Source: Phoronis australis (taxonomy: Eukaryota; Animalia; Phoronida). Taken from it: a DNA stretch of 64,000 nt. How positions within the stretch are numbered: the first letter of the stretch is position 1; the number at the start of each line of letters is the position of its first letter. The stretch lies in contig NMRA01000276.1 in assembly GCA_002633005.1 (NCBI GenBank), positions 13,414-77,413 of the forward strand, given 5' to 3'. The translations under genes were made by a program, and so were the position numbers. Below are positions 53,001 to 60,942 of the stretch, one piece after another. The notes beneath the pieces are model-generated. The model ran no database searches. It was not told the DNA's origin and was given only the letters and a program-made list of their open reading frames with translations.

Positions 53001-54149
53001 TAAAACTGACTAGGAGGACACTTTCAATCCGAGCACAATCCTAGGTCGCTTTTTTAACTCAAGTTGAATTTTCCACTTGACTACATCCCTGGAAAAATAT
53101 TGTACATACAAAATGATATCAACTTTGTACACTTGAGAAGTGACATCATTCATATTCACCTTTAATATCAACTGACAACTATAAATAAACTCGCTAACAC
53201 CTACTACTTCAATTACTAATTAAGCAACTTCTCGTGAAAGCTATTTCGCAAAGACCAATGCGGCACTGCTGGTAACACTTCAATTTAGTGGGTAACACTA
53301 ACACTGTTGATCGTGCACCAAGACAGCGACCACCATCCTACAGGCACCCGCAGTAGGACACCAAGACAGTGACCACCATCCTACAGGCACCCGCAGTAGG
53401 ACTGTGGCTCAACCTCCCATAGGCGCTTCATACATCGGAAGCTTTTTGGCGAATTATGCCTCGCACTGACTAAAACGTCAAAGTCACTTACCTTTTGCGC
53501 CTAGAGGGTGTCAGAGATTGACGGTGGGTTTTTTTAAAAGGTAGCTATGCTTTGAGATTGTGCGTAGATGGAGAGTGAATAATTAAACCCAGTAAAAACA
53601 GTAATAGTCATTTACAAAGGATTGCCTCTTCAAAACTTTTTCTTAAGAAAAAACATGAGAATGCGTGTTCTCGCAGACAAATATCATCCTCGAAAACACT
53701 TGACATCTCGTGGACATGATTTTGGCTCGTGTTATGGCGGACACGTGTGGTTTTGTAGAGGAGTAGAGGATTCAGAAAATAGTACTGAAGTATGTACATT
53801 AATAGAGTTGGACTGCAAGCAATGCTATTTATAACAACGTGACTTTGAGGTTTTAATCAGTGCGAAGCATAATTCTTCCGGCGTATAAAGCACCTATGTA
53901 GCTCCAGCGACAACGTCTGCCTGGCACTGGCAGTGCCCGTCGACTCGTCGAGACTGTCTGTGACTGTGGTCACTAGCTATCGTGCACCAAGATAGACTCG
54001 CACAAAACACAACATAGTATACCCTCCGAAGCTCCACTGCTTCCAGATCCTACTAAAAACTTTCCCGTAACAACAGGATCTCGCTGCTTGCGGGTTTTCC
54101 GTCCTGGGCCCGACTTCGGCCGCTCTGTGAAGTCACGCTTTCGTCCCAT
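13489..54149 (-). CDS. NOP2: NOP2/NSUN1 28S rRNA cytosine-C5 methyltransferase, spliced gene (15 exons located; at least one more probably missing)
   Basis: Hand-spliced GT-AG exons with consistent phases: 54023-54149, 52848-52887, 50979-51166, 49438-49586, 47867-48040, 46455-46510, 40040-40142, 37968-38145, 32971-33111, 29519-29658, 25207-25296, 24101-24223, 15325-15422, 14814-14938, 13489-14018. Product has N-terminal [20 protein letters not shown] (motif I), [14 protein letters not shown] (motif IV), YSTCS (motif VI) and [19 protein letters not shown]. Confidence 0.96.
14587..14703. repeat. 39-bp tandem repeat x3
   Basis: TGTCATGATCGAGACCGGCAGATTTCTCGACACGCAGCA. Confidence 0.95.
14814..14938 (-). 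CDS. NOP2: NOP2 exon ([36 protein letters not shown])
   Basis: Motif VIII region; AG/GT boundaries. Confidence 0.96.
14951..15110. repeat. About 80-bp tandem duplication
   Basis: TACAAAGAGAGTGAGGGTCATACATC...GATAATCATTTAC twice. Confidence 0.9.
15325..15422 (-). CDS. NOP2: NOP2 exon ([32 protein letters not shown])
   Basis: Conserved block; GTGAGT donor. Confidence 0.97.
15810..16534 (+). mobile_element. Helentron/HINE-like element (left edge approximate)
   Basis: CCACTAGGGGGC monomers and terminal hairpin CCCACACATAAATATGTGGG followed by CATAAAAA. Confidence 0.7.
16650..19445 (+). mobile_element. Decayed Tx1/L1-like non-LTR retrotransposon ORF2 (reverse transcriptase)
   Basis: [63 protein letters not shown] and RWFNYRIVH across stops and frameshifts. 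Confidence 0.92.
16951..17447. mobile_element. pogo/Tc1-mariner-like MITE inserted in the LINE
   Basis: TA|CCGTATTCGCCGTAATAA...TTATTACGGCGAATACGG|TA; removing it restores LINE frame [15 protein letters not shown]. Confidence 0.9.
19448..24072 (+). mobile_element. Longer member of the same pogo-like family with an about 1-kb internal duplication; right end not found
   Basis: Starts TA|CTGTATTCGCCCTAATAA; unit about 19510-20510 recurs as 20511-20795 plus 23441-24072. Confidence 0.7.
20796..23440. mobile_element. Kolobok-like non-autonomous element
   Basis: TTAA|AGTCCTTCTCTCA...TGAGAGAAGGACT|TTAA; the empty site is preserved in the sister unit near 19769-19810. Confidence 0.85.
24101..24223 (-). 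CDS. NOP2: NOP2 exon ([17 protein letters not shown]...[12 protein letters not shown])
   Basis: Motif VI catalytic Thr-Cys; GTATGT donor. Confidence 0.97.
24637..24845. repeat. 42-bp tandem repeat, about 5 copies
   Basis: TTGTACCAGGTCGTTTGGCCCGTCTCTAGAACTATAGGACAT. Confidence 0.95.
25207..25296 (-). CDS. NOP2: NOP2 exon ([30 protein letters not shown])
   Basis: Motif IV Pro-Cys; AG acceptor, GTAACA donor. Confidence 0.97.
25505..29366 (+). mobile_element. Cluster of Helentron/HINE-like elements with about 143-bp monomers in a roughly 430-bp three-part higher-order repeat
   Basis: AACAAG starts near 25505 and 27241; (GGAC)-type microsatellite at about 28886-28955; terminal hairpins at 28970-29003 and 29333-29366. 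Confidence 0.8.
25996..26505 (+). mobile_element. hAT-like MITE, 6-bp-TSD family
   Basis: Terminal repeat CAGGGCTTGGAAT/ATTCCAAGCCCTG; AAAAAA on both sides; homologous to 41188-41692. Confidence 0.88.
29519..29658 (-). CDS. NOP2: NOP2 exon ([15 protein letters not shown]...YDGRQFPK)
   Basis: Within ORF 29495-29704; GTGAGT donor. Confidence 0.97.
30691..30861. repeat. About 170-bp near-perfect palindrome (hairpin MITE)
   Basis: Arms TAAATAAAACAACAATCATGGATCACTGAAA and TTTCAGTGATCCATGATTGTTGTTTTATTTA. Confidence 0.88.
31451..31625. repeat. 30-bp perfect tandem repeat, about 5.8 copies
   Basis: ACTTTTGTTATTTGAATGTTTCTTCTATCC. Confidence 0.97.
32240..32767 (+). mobile_element. Helentron/HINE-like element
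   Basis: Three CCACTAGG-type monomers and terminal hairpin CTCCACATATAAATATGTGGGAG. Confidence 0.75.
32971..33111 (-). CDS. NOP2: NOP2 exon ([14 protein letters not shown]...[14 protein letters not shown])
   Basis: SAM-binding motif I; AG acceptor, GTCAGT donor. Confidence 0.97.
   Translation of the reverse strand: MPHPSTWQDTICYKGAPASCQSWLWLRKRMKESWTCQQRLVERPLT
33884..36093 (+). mobile_element. 2.2-kb hAT-like non-autonomous element with 5-bp TSD
   Basis: TACAG|CAGGGCTCGAC...GTTGAGCCCTG|TACAG; subterminal TGCGACCTG/TGCGAGCTG motifs at both ends. Confidence 0.9.
36702..37898. mobile_element. 1.2-kb hAT-like element with 5-bp TSD (different family)
   Basis: AATTG|CAGGGTTTCCCCTG...CAGGGGAAATCCTG|AATTG. 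Confidence 0.85.
36836..36955. repeat. 16-bp tandem repeat, about 7 copies
   Basis: GCTAGTAAAAATGATC. Confidence 0.93.
37968..38145 (-). CDS. NOP2: NOP2 exon ([36 protein letters not shown]...)
   Basis: Near-invariant NOP2 block; GTGAGT donor. Confidence 0.97.
38261..38535. repeat. 80-bp tandem repeat, about 3.5 copies
   Basis: TTAGGGGTCATTCATAATGTC recurs at about 38264, 38329, 38409 and 38489. Confidence 0.92.
40040..40142 (-). CDS. NOP2: NOP2 exon ([34 protein letters not shown])
   Basis: Conserved NOP2 block; AG acceptor, GTAAGG donor. Confidence 0.95.
41188..41692 (+). mobile_element. hAT-like MITE with 6-bp TSD
   Basis: AAGACA|CAGGGCTTGGAAT...ATTCCAAGCCCTG|AAGACA. Confidence 0.92.
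42870..43413 (+). mobile_element. Helentron/HINE-like element
   Basis: Motifs at 42941, 43082 and 43229; degenerate terminal hairpin CCCACGTATAAATATGAGGG followed by CATAAAAA. Confidence 0.75.
43511..44844 (-). mobile_element. Kolobok-like relic with a degenerate THAP-like frame
   Basis: TTAA|GGAGAATG...CATTCTCCA|TTAA; ORF 44392-44709 has CCYG...VFFIF...C.ER...CVCGRH spacing. Confidence 0.5.
44870..44975. repeat. 21-bp tandem repeat running into the gap
   Basis: CCRTCCTTCCCATCAAAAGGC x5. Confidence 0.95.
44976..45032. other. Assembly gap (57 N)
   Basis: Run of n between two different tandem arrays. Confidence 1.
45033..46028. repeat. 66-bp minisatellite, 15 apparently identical copies
   Basis: AGTGTGCTGCCTATAACTACCACCCATTACAGGGCATAATACACTTGTTTAACTTCCTCTGACCAA. 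Confidence 0.98.
46455..46510 (-). CDS. NOP2: NOP2 exon ([18 protein letters not shown])
   Basis: Matches the conserved LLPIERAARK motif; GTAAGC donor. Confidence 0.9.
46732..47639 (-). mobile_element. 5'-truncated Penelope-like retroelement: C-terminal GIY-YIG endonuclease, inverted pLTRs, 12-bp TSD
   Basis: ORF 47027-47479 [31 protein letters not shown]; inverted repeats at about 46730-46896 and 47468-47635; GGATTGACAATA at 46720-46731 and 47640-47651. Confidence 0.92.
46866..46902 (-). ncRNA. Minimal hammerhead ribozyme motif (U3-A8 variant, decayed) in the Penelope pLTR
   Basis: cac-TTGAGAA-T-GAAAC..GTTT-GAAA-TATT-gtg; the inverted partial copy at 47468-47499 keeps GTTTC-GAAA-TATC-GTG. 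Confidence 0.6.
47867..48040 (-). CDS. NOP2: NOP2 acidic exon ([11 protein letters not shown]...DSDEE)
   Basis: tttcAG acceptor, GT donor, 174 nt open, Asp/Glu-rich like the NOP2 N-terminal region. Confidence 0.85.
49438..49586 (-). CDS. NOP2: NOP2 exon ([15 protein letters not shown] plus acidic tract)
   Basis: gtAG acceptor, GTAAGT donor, open frame. Confidence 0.88.
50979..51166 (-). CDS. NOP2: NOP2 exon ([12 protein letters not shown]...[10 protein letters not shown])
   Basis: Within ORF 50971-51216; AG/GT boundaries, phase-consistent. Confidence 0.85.
51410..51710. repeat. Adjacent about 56-bp duplication and about 39-bp x4 tandem repeat
   Basis: CAAGCAGACAAGCTTCCCTCA... twice; TAAAACTTGCCTACAAAGACATGATTGCATAATCCCTA four times. 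Confidence 0.9.
52848..52887 (-). CDS. NOP2: NOP2 exon ([13 protein letters not shown])
   Basis: ttttAG acceptor, GTTTGT donor, phases fit both neighbours; resembles KRLSSRARKR. Confidence 0.8.
53317..53402. repeat. 43-bp tandem duplication
   Basis: ACCAAGACAGYGACCACCATCCTACAGGCACCCGCAGTAGGAC twice. Confidence 0.92.
53417..53898. mobile_element. Old MITE with about 65-bp imperfect inverted ends in NOP2 intron 1
   Basis: GAATTATGCCTCGCACTGACTAAAACGTCAAAGTCAC vs GTGACTTTGAGGTTTTAATCAGTGCGAAGCATAATTC. Confidence 0.7.
54023..54149 (-). CDS. NOP2: NOP2 first coding exon ([22 protein letters not shown]...)
   Basis: ATG at 54149; resembles the NOP2 N-terminus MGRK..GPGRKARKQ; phase-1 GT donor. 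Confidence 0.9.
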
Positions 54150-54354
54150 TTTAGCGTAAAATGAAAGAACGGAAACAGCATGTAACACGCGTGTTGCGCA
54201 GGCTAAATGAAGACTTCCGGTTTCCACATTGGATTTGGAAAACCGAAAACCAGTCGAAAGTAGTGGAGCAGAACTTGGGAATTTGTGTGAAAAAGCTATG
54301 TTTTTTGTCTGTGTCTATTTTTAGAAGTGTTAGGGTGAAGATAATCAGGTAAAT
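54150..54354. promoter_or_regulatory. Probable bidirectional NOP2/PUS3 promoter and non-coding first exon of PUS3
   Basis: CpG-richer patch; palindrome AACACGCGTGTT at 54184-54195, TGCGCA, ETS-type ACTTCCGG at 54213-54220; plus-strand donor CAG|GTAAAT at 54348/54349. Confidence 0.55.
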
Positions 54355-54919
54355 TACCCATAACTTTACTAATTTTAAATACCAAGCTTCTGATACTGGG
54401 TTCAGGTGCTTACGGGCAGACAACGTTTCAGACAGTAGGGCCTAGAAGATGCGAGAAATTTACCGAAAACCGTAACATCGCAGTTACTTGTGCAGCATCT
54501 CCTAAACTCTGCATGGTTTTTGTAAAATTTGGTAAGTATATTTTGTGAAGGTCACAACGACTTTATGATGAATCCGGCGACCACTCTGCCCCCTATTGCC
54601 AATTTTATATTTTCCAATTTCTTAGATTTGCATCTGGGGTTTCTTGATGGACTTTTTTATTAAATTTGAAAAAATATTTCTATTAAAAAAGCTGTTACAA
54701 GTTTAAGATTTCATGTATGGATTTGACGTACTCGTAATGTATATCACCTAGTCGTGGTCTTACTAATTATTTTTGATTTTTTGCGTCCATGGCTCTATTG
54801 GAAAACCCATTCTTCTAAGGATCCATGTAAAAATTGGTACAAGTGTGGTAAACTCCCCCGAGCTGGCATTTCGTTGTAACACTGGTAAAGAGTACTCGCA
54901 GCGCACTGTTCAGTCAAGG

Positions 54920-57900
54920 CAGGTCTTGACATTAACGAACTGTAGGTCGCATTTGCGACCTGAAATTTGGAAATACGAGCTGAGATTTTTGTCACCTCAT
55001 ATCAAGTTGCAAAATGCCACCTGGAATATCCGACGTATGCGAGCTGAGTTTTTACACTTCTCGGCAGATACGTGGCAAATATATAGCAACTCTTGTGAAT
55101 CCAACAGTGTTGTTGCCAAATCAATTTCAAAAGAACACTAATTGAGAACAGCCCTCCCGATAACTTGTAAGCATGTTGTGTGAACATGGGATAATGCGTT
55201 TCATTGGTTAACGTTTACAGGTACTTTTGCAAATTTCCGGATTCGTTGAAGAAATTTTTGTCACACGGCATAACACGTGCTAAAACGTCACAAAAACAGT
55301 GGTGTTTCTACTAGTTCTTAAGCGATCAACTTGCTTAAGTTTGTGGTGGAAAAACGTGTTTATTTTTCACGTAAGATGTCCTTGTTACATGTAACAAATA
55401 TCCACGACAATAACCCTGATATTGCACTGCAGCACTGGTCGGTCCCGTTGTTAGCGCGCAAGCCATCCTGGCAGACAATCATGCATCTCGATTTTTATCG
55501 ATAAGACAACAAATGTGAAAATGATAACCCTATTTATCGCCAAACGACGGCCACGTCTTTACTTTCAGTAAAGTATTTTTTAGGTTGCCAAGAAATTCTC
55601 AAACCCCTTTACTTGTTTCTGGGACTATATACGTGCGCGAATTATGATTTTTCTTTCACAAGATGTTACCAACGTAAAGTGTAGGCCTACTCTAGTGATT
55701 CAAGTGAACTCACGTGTGCGCACCACTCCAAAGCTACACACCAAAAGAGAACAGTGACAGTCCTAAATGAAAGAGTATACTGACATTTTTGGCTCTTTTA
55801 AGCATCCGGGTACCCGGAAGTGATTCTTATTCCGATGTTTTCCAGGGTCGATGTTTCCTAAACCTGATATTCATCTATGCCCGTAGCTAGCTATTGCAAC
55901 TAAACGAGTAGATGTGAAATTTTGGTAAGCGAACTTTTTATTCTTCTTTTCTTACTTACCCGCAGCAATTTTTCGCTCCCACTGTCGGCGTAAAATGTTC
56001 AGACTCCGATAGAAACAATCTTGTTCCGGCTAAAGCGGGGAATTAAAAATAAAATTATTCCGGGTGGCTAAAAAGGGTACAGTGTAGGTGGTAACGATAC
56101 CCAAAAAGTCACCCCTACTAGATGGAGTTTGCCTCACAAAATCATATTATACAGGGCTCGACGTTATTAAAATCGCCAGGTCGCATTTTGCGACCTAGCC
56201 AAAATCCCAGGTCGCATTTTCAAAATCCAGCTCGCATTCGTAAACGCCAGGTCGCAAAATTTTCCCGCCATTTTTACGCGCCAAAATAGATTTTTTAGAT
56301 CATCGAGAAATTGCTCTTACTTGCAGCGTTAAATACTCACAAATTTCGGATCTCAAAATTGACTTCATTCATGCAGGTGCCTTACTGTTCTTCACGACCG
56401 CCATTGAAAGACTCTAGAGCGCAAGGCAAGTTGCCGACGTGAAAGTTGAATCAGTGCTCTCTAACTGACTTGTGCATTCGAGTAGCTAAACTTGCGATGT
56501 GAAAAGGGAGAAAATGCCCCTTGAAAAAGTATCCGGGATATTTTTAGATCTGGCCTGCTACTGGTTGTCATCAAAGTCGTTAACGATTCAAACTAACTCG
56601 GGTAATGGCGAGTTTGCTCCGCAATACCTTCCAAGTACNNNNNNNNNNNNNNNNNNNNNNNNNNNNNNNNNNNNNNNNNNNNNNNNNNNNNNNNNNNNNN
56701 NNNNNNNNNNNNNNNNNNNNNNNNNNNNNNNNNNNNNNNNNNNNNNNNNNNNNNNNNNNNNNNNNNNNNNNNNNNNNNNNNNNNNNNNNNNNNNNNNNNN
56801 NNNNNNNNNNNNNNNNNNNNNNNNNNNNNNNNNNNNNNNNNNNNNNNNNNNNNNNNNNNNNNNNNNNNNNNNNNNNNNNNNNNNNNNNNNNNNNNNNNNN
56901 NNNNNNNNNNNNNNNNNNNNNNNNNNNNNNNNNNNNNNNNNNNNNNNNNNNNNNNNNNNNNNNNNNNNNNNNNNNNNNNNNNNNNNNNNNNNNNNNNNNN
57001 NNNNNNNNNNNNNNNNNNNNNNNNNNNNNNNNNNNNNNNNNNNNNNNNNNNNNNNNNNNNNNNNNNNNNNNNNNNNNNNNNNNNNNNNNNNNNNNNNNNN
57101 NNNNNNNNNNNNNNNNNNNNNNNNNNNNNNNNNNNNNNNNNNNNNNNNNNNNNNNNNNNNNNNNNNNNNNNNNGTGCCGCAGTGCGGTATCAGGGATATT
57201 GTCGTGGATATTTGGTACATGTAATAAGGATATCTTATGTGAAACATAAACATTTTTGTCCACCACAAAGTTTGGTAAGTTAATCGCTTAAGAATTAGTA
57301 GAAACACCGTTGTTTTGTGAAGTTTTATCACCTGTTAAGCAGTGGCCCGAAACTTTCTTCGGCGAATCCGGGAATTTACAAAAGTGGCCGAAAGAGTTAG
57401 CCAATGATACGCGTCGAAGATCGATACTGCATATCCCATGTTCACGCGACTTGCTTACAAGTCATCGGGAGGGCTGTCCCCGTTAGTGTTGTTTTGAACT
57501 TGGATTTGGCAGCGACCAAATAACGGTCGGATTAACAAGAGCTGCTTTGTATTTGCCAGGTATCTGTTGAGAAATGTAAAAACTCAGCTCGCATTCGTTG
57601 GAAATTCCAGGTCGCATTTTGCGACTTGATACGAGCTGACAAAAATCTCAGCTCGCATTTCCAAATTTCAGGTCGCAAATGCGACCTGCAGCTCGTTATG
57701 TCGAGCCCTGTTATAATAACGTTTCTTACTATTGCAGTCTTTCAATATCTTATTGCCGCAAACACTCATGTAAACGACTATGCTCATGCATGCGCCTACT
57801 CCCTACTTTTGAGGTGTTTTATAATAAGGGCTCACTACTCTACTAATCGTTCCCCTCAACTTTCGATCGAGAATCCCCAATTAAGCGCCCACAGTTCATG

Positions 57901-58080
57901 CTATCGCCCATCATAGCGCACTACAAACGACCATGCGTGGTTTGAAATTGACACGCAGTCTATATAGTGAGTCACTCTCGTTTTACACATTAACAAATTC
58001 AGTTTTCAAAAAACATCTTTTCTCAATATGTAATAACCGAACCCCTTCTTTGTTTTATTCCTTCGAAAGAAAGTTAACAA
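54920..58080 (+). mobile_element. Older, truncated copy of the 33884-36093 family hosting a nested inverted copy
   Basis: Colinear with 33884 to about 35545 on both sides of the insert. Confidence 0.85.
56152..57710 (-). mobile_element. Younger inverted copy of the 33884-36093 family with 5-bp TSD (contains N gap 56639-57173)
   Basis: TTATA|CAGGGCTCGAC...GTCGAGCCCTG|TTATA. Confidence 0.92.
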
Positions 58081-58260
58081 TAGAGAAAAAAGATGAGGAA
58101 ACTTATTCAGCATCTGAGGGGAAGGTGACTCACAGTCGGGAGACGGTCCTCTCTTATCAAAAACATCCCGCAAGGATCATGTGAGGAAGACATGCCAGTG
58201 TTGTTGCCATGCACTGACAGATTTTGTGTCAAACATTTAGAAGTCTAAATGCACATGTGA

Positions 58261-58575
58261 TGCAAAGAACTTAAACCGTTATTTAATCGCTTTACCGGAC
58301 TCGACTCTCACACTGATTTCCTGCAAACACTTGTTATGCCAAATGTAGATAGCAAATCAATCATTTAGTATGACGGTGCCCTTACAAAGTCTAGAGCTAT
58401 TGACATTGAAAAGCTCTTTGAGGACGGACCCTTTGATCCCCTTGAACAAGTGGATTAAGAAAATTATGTGGCTGGTGCAACTAAGCCATTGGTTCACAAA
58501 CTGCCAGTTCATGATGAACTTTTGATGGTTTTTATTAAATTGAGGATGAAATTGTCAGTGACCTTTCTGTGATGT
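58261..58575 (+). pseudogene. Harbinger/ISL2EU-type transposase fragment (HTH region upstream of the DDE domain)
   Basis: Frame with two stops: LFNRFTGLDSHTDFLQTL...HKLPVHDELLMVFIKLRMKLS. Confidence 0.55.
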
Positions 58576-59042
58576 GGTTTTAAACAACGTAAGATAGTGG
58601 TGACACCTACAGTACACATAAATCACACACAACATCCATGAGTCTGATATGTGTTGACCTTAATGGCAGTGTTGTTTGTTTCTCACTTATATTAGTGAAA
58701 CAGCTGCAGCAATTTATAGAATCTTTGCAGCAAGAACATGATGAAGAACTGGATAATGCCATTGCAATAAACAGGATCCTTGTTTTGGTAAATACCCAAT
58801 TCAAATCGTGACACGCTAGTCGATGTTGTCTATTTCAATGCCACAAGAATGAAAGAGGTTGAACACGCAGGCCCAGCGGACAACCCAAGTATTACCAACC
58901 GGCCACGTTTGGCTAAGACAATTGATCAGTTAGCCACAAGGGGTCTTTGTGTAATAATTCATTAGGCAAACCTATTCTGAAAGGTCAGAGGTCATATAGG
59001 TGTCAGTTTCGGTGTTTATGACACAAGCAAGTTTGTTTAAGT

Positions 59043-60087
59043 CTGTGCTTGATGCTTTAAAAATCCCCAGGTTGCAATTTGCAACCTAGCCAAAGTCCCA
59101 GGTGGCTTTTTCAAAATCCAGGTTGCAAAAATCTGTGCCATTTTTGCACGCCAAAACTGAGTTTAGGTCATCAAGAATATTTTGGATTATGCCCTTGTCT
59201 ATGACCCTGAAAATTTCCGAATTCCTGGTTACAAAATTGAGTTCTTACATGCATATACCACTATACGGTGTTACATTCTTCTCGACCCTCGACCACCACT
59301 GAAGTGTGTTGGAGGTGCATGTTGCATTGTCGTGCCACTCGTAACTCCTACCTGGGTTTTGTAGAGCTACTCTTCTAACCTACATCCTGTCATGGTTCAA
59401 AGAATCTGTCACAAGGCTGGTTGCCGATGTGAAAGTTGAATCAGCGGTCTCGAACTGACATATGCATTCGAGTATCAAAGTATGCTACATGAGTTAGAAG
59501 AAAATACTCATTGAAAAATAGAACTGTCCTGGTTATCAGAGTCATTAAACGTACACAGGTGGATAACTTTGAGTGCAAACTCCCTCCATTTGTTTGCAGT
59601 CCAAATTTCGTAAAGCGAACGATTGAAAAACGAGCAGTCACAAAAATCTGCAAAACGTCCCCCCCCCCCATCGTGCTGTTGATGGTATAGATTTAAAAGA
59701 AACATTGCTGTATCACGTCATATGCCATTGTCTGAAACTCTTTGGTGCATCCTAGCAATAATTTGCAAAAGAAGTGGAAAATACTAGCCAGTGAAACGCA
59801 TCAGAGATCAATTTTGTATTATGCCATGTTCGCTCTACATGTTTACAAATCATTGAGGGGTCTGTTCTCTGTTAGAGCTTGATTTGGCAACAACCAAATA
59901 AATGGCGAATTCACTGAAGTTGCTTTATGTTTGCCGAGTATCTGTCGAAAAGTGTAAAAGCTCAGCTTGCATAGGTTGGAAATTCCTGGTTGCATGTTAT
60001 GACTTGATATGAACTGACACAAATATAGCTCACATTGCCAAATTTCGGGCTGTAAATGCAAGTTTCAGCTCGTTATGTCGAGTGCTG
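59043..60087 (-). mobile_element. Highly diverged relative of the 33884-36093 family
   Basis: CAGGTTGCAATTTGCAACCTAGCCAAA near the left end, CTCGTTATGTCGAGTGCTG at the right end; flanks TAAGT/TGAGT. Confidence 0.7.
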
Positions 60088-60424
60088 TGAGTGATGACTA
60101 TTTTGTAAGTCATTATTTTGACTGAAGTGGAATATATATGTGAAATAATGCATTTTTTCTCAAGATTTTTCTTCTCTTATGGATCGCATATAGGCAATAT
60201 CCCTCTGCTCTGCAATTAGGTACATTCAGGTCTCCTTGTATATGCATGCGTATTTCTTTTTGCAGTGATGTCTGACTTTGATTTACTGGTCTATGTAAAA
60301 TTACCTTGTTACAACGAAATCAAGCTGTTACGATCATACTTGTCGCAAATACATCACAAGTAAATTGGTGATGACTTAACTTGTTCATGTAAATGAATGG
60401 GTGTGTAGTAGGAACAAAGAAAAC

Positions 60425-60483
60425 GGCAACTTGTACAGATTGATGAGTTGCCAGGCAACTTGTACAGATTGATGAGTTGCCAG
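60425..60483. repeat. 29-bp tandem duplication
   Basis: GGCAACTTGTACAGATTGATGAGTTGCCA twice. Confidence 0.9.
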
Positions 60484-60942
60484 ATGACAAGTTAAGCGAG
60501 TTTACTTGTGTGTGCGTTTCTATTCAAGAAAATCAGCTGTCGACTTTCCCTAGTGGCAATGTGTTTTCTTTGCCTTTGCCTTTCAATTTTGATCCAGTTA
60601 CTTCCTTGTTGATACTCATCGAAGGCAGATATAATACACTTTTTCTATTAAGTTGACTATGACAACCCCCCAATTTCAGTGTATTACGTGCCCCCTAGTG
60701 GGCATTTTTGTGTATTTCTGACCCCTGCCTCCCAATTGCCAGATGCTCCTCCGCTTCATATGTACAGCTTGTATCTAGTAAGTGGACTCTACCCACTGGA
60801 TACAATCAGTGGAACAACGTGATGCCATTCTTGTACAGCCTTTATCATGGTAGGGTAATAATGTTACTGTGCAGTCATTAGCTGATCAATGAGTGGTGTT
60901 TTATGTCTTTAACAGAGCTTTTATGTCTTACAGGTTTCTACA

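Noticed and set aside
56499-57331. Long ORFs of 214-247 aa in the ORF track
   Set aside because: Artefacts of translating through the N gap inside a non-coding transposon.
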